A stretch of 44,702 bases of DNA from Eubacteriales bacterium (GTDB taxonomy: Bacteria > Bacillota > Clostridia > Oscillospirales > SIG627), in assembly GCA_045657125.1 (NCBI GenBank), contig JAZOSM010000084.1, positions 1 through 44,702 of the forward strand, in the 5' to 3' direction. This document shows, in pieces, positions 8,971-16,036 of the stretch. Under the pieces are notes generated by a model. The model was not told the DNA's origin. It worked only from the letters and a program-made list of their open reading frames with translations, and ran no database searches. Every line of letters begins with the position of its first letter. Position 1 is the stretch's first letter. A program made the translations under genes and the position numbers.

Positions 8971-9019
8971 TTTTTATATACCTTTCTTGACGAGATATCT
9001 CTGATTGTGTAAAATGAAA

Positions 9020-9193
9020 CTACATTAAAGATTGCATCGAATTTTTCTGCTTGTATTTTTTAAAATCGGAAGCATAATAGATACATTTCTTTTGTTCGAT
9101 ATGAAAAATACTATTTTGTACGTTATACTTAAATTTGCACTTTCCGTTTTCAAAGTAAATGCAATCCTTTCGGCATATATTTTTATAATACAT
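9020..9193 (-). CDS. unannotated 57-aa Cys-rich small protein (hypothetical)
   Basis: Own translation: MYYKNICRKDCIYFENGKCKFKYNVQNSIFHIEQKKCIYYASDFKKYKQKNSMQSLM. GAGGTG lies 6 nt before the ATG. Below the track's 60-aa cutoff. Confidence 0.4.
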   Translation of the reverse strand: MYYKNICRKDCIYFENGKCKFKYNVQNSIFHIEQKKCIYYASDFKKYKQKNSMQSLM

Positions 9194-9247
9194 AACTTCA
9201 CCTCAAGGTTATTATGCGTAAATTCGTGAGATTTATTAGGAGTTTTT

Positions 9248-10042
9248 ATGATAATCAGAAGCGCAAAGAATACAGATAAAAGTCAAATTCTCGCTTTGTG
9301 GCAGGATTGTTTTCATGATCCACAAGAATATATTGAACAGTATCTTTCAAAGCGTTTTGATCCTAAATACTGTGTAATTTTAGAAGATAAAAGTGAAATT
9401 GTTGGGATGGTTCATCTATTGCCGTGCAAAATTTCGCCGGACACGAACGCTTTTTATTGGTATGCGGCGGGAATAAAAAGTACAAGAAGAAATGAAGGTT
9501 TATTTCGTAAATTCTCAAGTTTTTTGATTGAGAAGATCAATCAAGCGGGTTTTAAAAGTGTTTGCGTTCCTGCATCGGGTCTTGAAAATTTTTATATGTC
9601 AATCGGCTTTCGATATAAGCTTACCGCAACAGATAAAACTTTCATTAAAAATATTACAGAATCCCAAACAATTAGAAATTCTTCTTGGAGTTCTGCAAAA
9701 GTAGAAGATTTTCTCTGTAAGGGGAATAGCGGAGATATCATTTGGGATACCAATGCTATAGATTACGCAATATATGAAAACGATCGTTGCGAAGGTAAAG
9801 CTTACTCTGTAATAATCGACAACAAAAAGCATTCTTTATTTGCGATAAAAAAAGATGACGGATTTTTAATCGATTACCATTTTTTATCCGAAAAAGATTT
9901 TTTGCAAATCAAAGACGATCTTTTTAATCTTCTGGCGTGTGATCGTTTGATCTTCAGAGACATTGGTACGGAAAAGATTATTGCTTTAACAGACTCTGAT
10001 TTGATAAAATCTGATTCAAAGATTTCCATGACCTTGGCATAG
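9248..10042 (+). CDS. GNAT-like acetyltransferase family protein
   Basis: AGGAG RBS. N-terminal half resembles a GNAT fold (IVGMVHLLPC..., AAGIKSTRRNEGLFRKF). Call is weak. Confidence 0.5.
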   Translation: MIIRSAKNTDKSQILALWQDCFHDPQEYIEQYLSKRFDPKYCVILEDKSEIVGMVHLLPCKISPDTNAFYWYAAGIKSTRRNEGLFRKFSSFLIEKINQAGFKSVCVPASGLENFYMSIGFRYKLTATDKTFIKNITESQTIRNSSWSSAKVEDFLCKGNSGDIIWDTNAIDYAIYENDRCEGKAYSVIIDNKKHSLFAIKKDDGFLIDYHFLSEKDFLQIKDDLFNLLACDRLIFRDIGTEKIIALTDSDLIKSDSKISMTLA

Positions 10043-10064
10043 GGAGGCTGGAATAAAATTGACC

Positions 10065-10080
10065 CAACTATACAAAATGC
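10065..10080 (+). repeat. left direct repeat / attL core (CAACTATACAAAATGC)
   Basis: Identical 16-mer at 12840-12855. Confidence 0.85.
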
Positions 10081-10115
10081 CCGTTTTGTTTGACTCGGTA
10101 GGCACGGCAAGCGCG

Positions 10116-10124
10116 TTGATATAT
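10116..10124 (+). repeat. TTGATATAT copy 1 (GTTGATA, nick-site-like)
   Basis: AT island at the left edge of the GC-rich block. Identical 9-mer at 10705-10713. Confidence 0.6.
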
Positions 10125-10704
10125 TGAGTAAGCGAGGGTCTGATGGGGGCTCGCGGGTATTTGAAAGGGTGTAGTATGGAGGCGCGCTCCTTCCCCTTGG
10201 GGAAGGCGGGGGCAGGGGGAAACCTTACCCGCGAAGCGGTGTAACTTTTAAAGCGGGTCTGGTACTGTAGTGGCGAGCTACGGCGCAGACGAGGGCGGGC
10301 GAGCACGCGCAGCGGCGCAGAGCAGGGCACGGCACGTGCCCTAGAGACCCCCGAGTATGCAAAGCTGTGGCCGCCACGATATAGCCGGACAGGGGCACAA
10401 AGGCGGGGTCCCCCGAGGGGCGCCCCGAAGCGAAGCGGAGCGAATAGGCGAGTGGACGAGCCTCCTGAGCGGAGCGAAGCGCGGGGGGACCCCGACGGAT
10501 GGGACTACTCCCCCGTTAAGCCTACGGCTACGGAGCCAACGGCTAGGGTAGCCGTAGGCTATAGCTTCCCGCAGGGAAGCCAATAGGCTGCCGCGCAAGT
10601 GGTAGCCTACAAGAAGCGAAGCGGGCGAAGCCTGCCGCCGCAGGCGGGGGCGCAGCAGCGCGGAGCGGTACATCTCCGCGGCAAGATCTCGGCTTGCCTT
10701 TTAC
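10125..10704 (+). other. GC-rich hairpin-dense non-coding module (candidate single-strand origin, or structured ssDNA/RNA)
   Basis: Five GCGAAGC copies (10231, 10430, 10474, 10616, 10625). Perfect hairpins at 10189-10206, 10324-10342, 10520-10559, 10564-10580, 10630-10645, 10659-10680 and 10680-10698. Only Arg/Pro-rich junk ORFs. Confidence 0.6.
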
Positions 10705-10720
10705 TTGATATATAACCACA
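10701..10720 (+). other. candidate double-strand origin with CTTG/ATA nick motif
   Basis: TTACTTGATATATAACCACA contains CTTGATA, the nick core shared by the phiX174 ori (CAACTTGATATTAATAAC) and pC194-family plasmids. It follows a hairpin and lies ~40 nt upstream of rep. Confidence 0.5.
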
Positions 10721-10751
10721 TTATTCTGTCAAAATCTGCCCAAAATCAATT

Positions 10752-11663
10752 TTGGACGAAATCAATCACAGCGCAAAAAACATTGGAAGCACGAACGGAA
10801 TTTCGCTTCCTGCAGCGCCCGTTTTCGGGCACAAAGCATCATCCGAGGTACTTTATAACTCTTGCACAAAATTCTATCCGGATGGGGCTGGGGGATTCTA
10901 TCCGGTAAAAAGGGTTACCTTTGATCGTTTGATTTACAATCCCCGCAAAATGGAACTTCATCGGGACGAAACCTTTGACGAGGTTGTTGTTTCTACCGAC
11001 CCCTTTGGAGATGATACGAAACTTCGTAATCGTTCCGAGGTTTTCAACACCTTTTGGCGGAAATCTTTCAACCGTGCACGGCAGCAATGCTATGACTATC
11101 TCATGTGCAATTCCGACCTTGACACTTTCGTAACTTTCACTTTTGACCCGAAGATGATCGACCGATGTTCTTACGAGTCTATCGTTACCTCTCTTTCGAT
11201 CTGGCTTTCAAACCGTGTCCGCAGGAACGGTTTGAAATATATTCTTGTTCCTGAAAGGCATAAGGATGGGGCTATTCATTTTCACGGGATTACAAATAGG
11301 GAGGGCTTGAAGCTCGTTTCTTCGGGATATTGGAGGGTTGGCAAGTACACTCTTGCATGGGATCAAATCGCGTCTTCGAAAAAAAAGCTTGCACAGGAGA
11401 TATACAACGTGAAGGACATGCCCCTTGGCTTCTCGACTGCTCTGATCGTCGACGGGGAAGACGCCCAGGTTAAAATTTCCAAGTATATCTGGAAGTATAT
11501 GACAAAGCAGGGCGGGCAGAAAGTGGGCGGCAGATTCTATCTTCACGGCGGAGACCTCGCCCAACCTTTGCTTATTTACTCCAACGAGCTTTTCGAGGAT
11601 GACGAGGGAACCCTCGTCACGTACGGTCAGACGGCTTGCAAAATTTTGAACCTCAACAGTTGA
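10752..11663 (+). CDS. rolling-circle replication initiator, HUH superfamily, two-tyrosine type (start uncertain)
   Basis: Motif I FVTFTF, motif II IHFHGI (HUH), motif III YIWKYMTK (YxxxY as in phiX174 gpA and microvirus VP4). TTG is the only canonical start and there is no clear RBS. Confidence 0.72.
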   Translation: MDEINHSAKNIGSTNGISLPAAPVFGHKASSEVLYNSCTKFYPDGAGGFYPVKRVTFDRLIYNPRKMELHRDETFDEVVVSTDPFGDDTKLRNRSEVFNTFWRKSFNRARQQCYDYLMCNSDLDTFVTFTFDPKMIDRCSYESIVTSLSIWLSNRVRRNGLKYILVPERHKDGAIHFHGITNREGLKLVSSGYWRVGKYTLAWDQIASSKKKLAQEIYNVKDMPLGFSTALIVDGEDAQVKISKYIWKYMTKQGGQKVGGRFYLHGGDLAQPLLIYSNELFEDDEGTLVTYGQTACKILNLNS

Positions 11664-11684
11664 CTTTTTTAGGAATGTAAACTG

Positions 11685-12299
11685 ATGAAAAGTGACTATC
11701 TAAAGCCGTCGACCTACGAACACTTGTACCGGGTAATGCAGCGGGACAACGTACTGGCTATCAGGGTCTCTTTGGAGACGGGTCTTCGCATTGATGACGT
11801 GCTGCGGCTGGAGTGGAAGAACTTCACAAAAGGCAATCAATTTACCTATTTTGCCAAGAAAACGGGGAAAAAAGGTGTGAAAAAGTTGTCAAAACTGCTG
11901 AAAAACGAGCTTTTCTCAAGAAACGTGCACGGTAGCAAGTATGTCTTCCCCGGGAGAAAGCGGGGATCACATCGGACACGACAAGCCGTCTGGAAGGACA
12001 TCAAGAAGGCGGCTGATCTGATGGGGGTAGAGGTGAACGCTTCGCCGCACTCTGCCCGAAAAACTTACGCCGTAGAGTTGCGAAAAACCGCTGGTTTGCC
12101 AGCGGTTCAACGAGAGTTGCAGCACAACTCAATGTCTACCACAATGCTTTACGCCTTTGCCGATCTGGCACGTGCGGGCAAGCGGACACCGACCCCATCC
12201 AGTGACGATCTGATAGAGCTTGCCGATTTGATCGCAAAGAGGGTAGTCGAGCTTCTCCTTCCGGAGCTCGCCAAAGCAAAAGAAAAAAACCTAGGTTGA
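11685..12299 (+). CDS. tyrosine recombinase/integrase, catalytic domain only (204 aa)
   Basis: ETGLRIDDVLRL (Arg I), PHSARKTYA (HxxR), LQHNSMSTTMLYA (His...Tyr). Confidence 0.85.
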   Translation: MKSDYLKPSTYEHLYRVMQRDNVLAIRVSLETGLRIDDVLRLEWKNFTKGNQFTYFAKKTGKKGVKKLSKLLKNELFSRNVHGSKYVFPGRKRGSHRTRQAVWKDIKKAADLMGVEVNASPHSARKTYAVELRKTAGLPAVQRELQHNSMSTTMLYAFADLARAGKRTPTPSSDDLIELADLIAKRVVELLLPELAKAKEKNLG

Positions 12300-12316
12300 C
12301 AACCTAGGTTTTTTTT
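12283..12316 (+). terminator. terminator after the integrase gene
   Basis: 10-bp stem AACCTAGGTT / AACCTAGGTT with loop GAC, A-run before and T8 after. Overlaps the stop codon. Confidence 0.7.
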
Positions 12317-12839
12317 GGTACACTACCCATTGCCGGGGTGGCAATGTGGACGTATGGGGTAGTGTTTGACGTGTAGCACGTCGGCGCTCTTATACTGTAC
12401 CACGTTTGTTTCGTTTTGTCAATACCTTTTGCAGAAACTGTCCCTTTTATCGGACACGTACTGCGCACCCATGGCGGGCGCAAGGCGGCAAGGGCACCCT
12501 TCTCACAAAGTACCTCTTGCCCTTGCCGAATAAGCTCGACCGTCGATCTCGGGGTGCTGATGGAAGCGGGACAAGCACCAGCCACGGCACAAGACTATAA
12601 TTCGCACAAGCGGGTGAACCGCAAAGCGAGGAAAGGAGTAGGCAGAGACAGAAGCGCGCAGCCGTGGAAGTCCGTGGCTTTAATCCTGCCGAACCATACA
12701 AAACGTCCATTTTGTAGCCGAGAGAATTTCTCTGACCCAATCAAAGACAAACCAACGGTCAGAGAAATTATCTCGTGCTCTAGTTGTACGGGGCGACGAA
12801 AGGGGAAACAAGCGTAGCGCCCCTTTTGTTCGGCCTAGT

Positions 12840-12871
12840 CAACTATACAAAATGCAAATTTTGTATAGTTG
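12840..12871 (+). repeat. right direct repeat plus a lox/dif-like palindromic core (attR)
   Basis: CAACTATACAAAAT-GCAA-ATTTTGTATAGTTG has 14-bp perfect inverted arms. Its first 16 nt equal the left repeat. Confidence 0.8.
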
Positions 12872-12977
12872 GGGGCATAGAGTTTGAAATATACGGAGGT
12901 TAACGTCAATATTTTCCTTATATTTCGGTTTTGTCTATGATCTATTTGAACCGCTTAAACCTGTCTTTCTTTCCAGA

Positions 12978-13016
12978 TAAAAAAAGAAGCTCTTTTGTAG
13001 GGCTTCTTTTTCTTTT
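12978..13016. terminator. possible bidirectional terminator downstream of the 13071-13382 gene
   Basis: A-run, stem AGAAGC / GCTTCT, T-run. Confidence 0.4.
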
Positions 13017-13070
13017 ATATGATTCTATTGTGAAATGTACGTTCTATTTCGTTGATCTGTATTGGGTTTA

Positions 13071-13382
13071 CTATTTTAACATTGAAAGAATTTCGCTTGG
13101 TTCCAATAGTTCTGTGCTTCTTTTATAAATTTTTTGATTTTTTACAGATATGTATTCAGGAACGTTTTTAACAGAAAATGCTGCGGTGATATCAGGTTCT
13201 GCATCAATGTCAATTAAATACATATCAAATGGTTTTGCAATAAATGAAAATACGTCGTTCATTGCATTGAGACCTAAAATTGAAGACGGATCTTCTTTTC
13301 TGTAAAAGAACAATATCAAGTCATTTTCTCCACGAATTACCTGATCGAAATGTGCCCTACACAAATGTTTTAATTCTTCCAT
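13071..13382 (-). CDS. thioredoxin-fold protein lacking the CxxC active site
   Basis: Trx-like C-terminal pattern (AAFSVKNVPEYISVKN). ATG at 13382 has GGAGG 8 nt upstream. Confidence 0.6.
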   Translation of the reverse strand: MEELKHLCRAHFDQVIRGENDLILFFYRKEDPSSILGLNAMNDVFSFIAKPFDMYLIDIDAEPDITAAFSVKNVPEYISVKNQKIYKRSTELLEPSEILSMLK

Positions 13383-13409
13383 TCGTTTTAGCCTCCAATT
13401 ATACAAAAT

Positions 13410-14633
13410 TTATTTACGGATCAGATCTCCTTGCTTTAGTTCCGTATTTGTTTTGATATAAAAGATTTGCTGTGGATGCGGACAGGACGTAATTTTTTCC
13501 ATTTTCTCATCAAACATTTCTGTGAATTCCAAAGTTTGACCGACTTTCCCGGGAGTTACGAATTCGCAGGAATCACCAACGGAAAATTTGTTTCTTTGCT
13601 TGCATTTGGCAAGACCTGTATTTTGATCATAATTCAAAACCGTGCATAAAAATGATTTCTCTCCGATATAACCGTTATCCGAAGCAAGCTGCGAAGAGTT
13701 CATTTCACGGTCAAAATAATATCCCGTGCAATACTCACGATGTGAGACACAATCAAGTTCCCGTAATAAAATTGAATAATCAATTGCCTTGTCGAAGGAA
13801 TTCATTGCTATTCTGTACGCATTGGTAACAAGCGCCGTGTAATAAGCACTTTTCATTCTGCCTTCGATTTTAAAGCTTGAAATACCTGCTTGCGTCAATT
13901 CTTTCAAATGCTCGATCATACAAAGATCTTTGGAACCGAATAAATAACTGCCTTCCGGATGAATTTCGCAGGTCAAAATTTCATCAGGGCGCTTTTCTTC
14001 ATAAAATTGGTATTGCCAGCGGCAAGGCTGGGTGCACTCTCCCCTATTTGCATCCCTGCCGGTATAATATTCGGAAAGCATACAACGTCCCGAAAAAGAT
14101 ACGCACATAGAACCGTGTACAAAAGTCTCAAGTTCAAGATTTGTCGGAATTTTCTCGCGGATACCAATAATTTCGGAAAGAGATAATTCGCGCGCGAGAA
14201 CCACACGGCTGGCACCCATTTCATACCAGGCACGGCAGCTTTCTGCATTTACCGTTGCCGCCTGGGTTGATATGTGAATCGGGATTTTGGGGATGTGCTT
14301 TTTGCAAAGCATAAAAACACCAAGATCGGCTACGATCACTGCATCAGGCGCACATTCTGATAATTCTTCAAGATAAGCCACAAGCATAGATAACTCGTGC
14401 TGTCTCGGCATCACGTTAAGGGTCAGATAAACTTTTTTATTAAGGGAATGTGCATAAAGAATCGCAGATTTGAGTTCTTCAATGGAAAAATTGTCGGCCG
14501 CCGCACGCATTCCGAATTTTGAACCTGCAAGATAAACGGCATCTGCACCAAATCGAAAGGCTGACTCCATTTTTTCGTAATTCCCCGCCGGAGCAAGAAG
14601 CTCCGGCATTGAAATATTACTGAAATTACTCAT
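13410..14633 (-). CDS. peptidase U32 family protein
   Basis: N-terminal ELLAPAGNYEKMESAFRFGADAVYLAG and Cys-rich core typical of U32. Confidence 0.85.
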   Translation of the reverse strand: MSNFSNISMPELLAPAGNYEKMESAFRFGADAVYLAGSKFGMRAAADNFSIEELKSAILYAHSLNKKVYLTLNVMPRQHELSMLVAYLEELSECAPDAVIVADLGVFMLCKKHIPKIPIHISTQAATVNAESCRAWYEMGASRVVLARELSLSEIIGIREKIPTNLELETFVHGSMCVSFSGRCMLSEYYTGRDANRGECTQPCRWQYQFYEEKRPDEILTCEIHPEGSYLFGSKDLCMIEHLKELTQAGISSFKIEGRMKSAYYTALVTNAYRIAMNSFDKAIDYSILLRELDCVSHREYCTGYYFDREMNSSQLASDNGYIGEKSFLCTVLNYDQNTGLAKCKQRNKFSVGDSCEFVTPGKVGQTLEFTEMFDEKMEKITSCPHPQQIFYIKTNTELKQGDLIRK

Positions 14634-16021
14634 TTTCTGTTATAAAAAGCAAGACAAGCTTCGTAAGTGCTGTAAACGTCAAGTTTCGATACAACTTCAT
14701 AAGGTGCGTGCATGGAAAGCACGGGTACACCCAGATCTACTACGTCAATATTGAGTTTTGCAATATACTGAGCAACGGTTCCACCACCGCCCTGATCTAC
14801 TTTTCCAAGCTCACCGATTTGCCAAACTACCGAATTTTCGTTCAAAATTTTGCGAATTTCGCCCATAAATTCTGCGGAAGCGTCGGACGTGCCACTCTTA
14901 CCGCGTGCACCCGTATACTTTGTGATAATGGCACCGTGATTTAAAAGTGAGCTGTTCTGCTTTTCATAAACTTCCGGGAAAATCGGATCGTAGCAGGCAT
15001 TTACATCGGCAGACAAGCACCAGGAATTTGCCAATGCCTGTCTTGCATTCTTCTTACCGCATAATTCGCACAAAAAGTCATAAAGATAATTTGTATTCAA
15101 ACCGGTATTGCCGCTGCTGCCAATTTCTTCTTTATCAGCAAAAACCAAAACGGACGTGTGCAGGGGCTTTTGGGCATCAAAGAACGCCATCATTGAGGGA
15201 TATGCGCATACTCTGTCGTCGTGTGCATAAGAAGCAATCAGATTGCGGTCAAAACCGACGTCTCTTGCCTTCAGCGCAGGAACAAGCATCAATTCGGAAG
15301 AAATAAAATCTTCCTCGACCATTCCGTATTTTTCATTTAAAAACTGGAGAACGCGCACCTTTACTGCTTCGGAAACATCATCTTCGCTTTGCACGGGCAA
15401 GGAACCTGCAATTACAGCTAAGTTTTCGCCGGGTGTAAGTTCTCCTGCCACTCGTTTCATTTGATCCTGTGCAAGATGAGGCAAAAGATCTGTGATATAA
15501 AAAATCGGATCATTTTCATTCTCACCAATGCAAACATCAATTTTTTCGCCGTTTGCAAGAATTACTGAGCCGTGAAGCGCAAGAGGTACGGTAGGCCATT
15601 GATATTTTTTGATTCCGCCGTAATAATGGGTTTTAAAATAAGCGATGGATTCTTTTTCACAAAGAGGGTTAGGTTTTAAATCAATGCGCGGCGCATCGAT
15701 GTGGGATGCAATAATCCCGAATCCATCCGTAACGTCTTTTTCACCGATTACAGCAAGAATAATCGACTTATTTCGATTGACATAATAAATGCGATCACCC
15801 GCTGAATATTCTTTTCCGTACTCAAAAGAAACGAAACCCTTTTCCTCGGCAAGATTTTTGGCAAAAACAACCGCTTCTCTTTCGGTTTTTGCGGCGTTTA
15901 AAAATTTTTTATAGCCTTCAGCAAAATCAAAAGCTTTATTGATCTTTTCGGAATCAAATACTTTGGCGGCACTTTTGGTGCTAAAGCAAAGTTTTTCTCT
16001 CAACTCATTTTTTTCGCTCAT
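14630..16021 (-). CDS. M18-family aminopeptidase
   Basis: 463 aa with M18-like motifs (SHIDAPRIDLKPNP, ADKEEIGS, SMHAPYE). Confidence 0.82.
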   Translation of the reverse strand: MSEKNELREKLCFSTKSAAKVFDSEKINKAFDFAEGYKKFLNAAKTEREAVVFAKNLAEEKGFVSFEYGKEYSAGDRIYYVNRNKSIILAVIGEKDVTDGFGIIASHIDAPRIDLKPNPLCEKESIAYFKTHYYGGIKKYQWPTVPLALHGSVILANGEKIDVCIGENENDPIFYITDLLPHLAQDQMKRVAGELTPGENLAVIAGSLPVQSEDDVSEAVKVRVLQFLNEKYGMVEEDFISSELMLVPALKARDVGFDRNLIASYAHDDRVCAYPSMMAFFDAQKPLHTSVLVFADKEEIGSSGNTGLNTNYLYDFLCELCGKKNARQALANSWCLSADVNACYDPIFPEVYEKQNSSLLNHGAIITKYTGARGKSGTSDASAEFMGEIRKILNENSVVWQIGELGKVDQGGGGTVAQYIAKLNIDVVDLGVPVLSMHAPYEVVSKLDVYSTYEACLAFYNRK

Positions 16022-16036
16022 AACTTTCTTCCTTTT

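Larger units (their letters stand above)
10065..12871 (+). mobile_element. integrated ~2.8-kb element: Rep (HUH, two Tyr) + tyrosine recombinase + ~1.2 kb of structured non-coding DNA
   Basis: 16-nt direct repeats at both ends and an abrupt GC jump. Hand counts are 44/60 G+C in lines 10261 and 10381, against 18/60 in line 9961. Contains a recombinase and a rolling-circle Rep. Confidence 0.75.

Noticed and set aside
8971-9019. Forespore promoter directly upstream of spoVAC
   Set aside because: A CATTTTA -10-like element exists, but no GHATR -35 lies at 17-18 nt. The evidence is not good enough to call.
10016-10673. ORFs of 64-110 aa on both strands inside the GC-rich block
   Set aside because: They are Arg/Pro/Ala/Gly-rich, overlap one another in several frames and have no RBS. 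This is the usual artefact of ~70% GC DNA with few stop codons.
10125-10704. Possibility that the GC-rich block is a CRISPR array or a known large ncRNA (ROOL- or GOLLD-type)
   Set aside because: There is no regular repeat-spacer periodicity. The recurring units are 7-nt hairpin cores at irregular spacing. I cannot match it from memory to any Rfam family, and its triloop style looks more DNA-like than RNA-like. A covariance-model scan is still needed.
12304-12817. Four overlapping ORFs (93, 64, 133 and 97 aa) in the right arm of the element, including a basic 133-aa + strand ORF
   Set aside because: They are mutually overlapping, start at TTG without an RBS, and have biased composition. I cannot exclude that the 133-aa ORF is a small basic DNA-binding or capsid-like protein. 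Conservation analysis would decide.
12931-13128. 65-aa + strand ORF in the intergenic region after the element
   Set aside because: It has a TTG start without an RBS, spans a terminator hairpin and overlaps the 3' end of the Trx-like gene.
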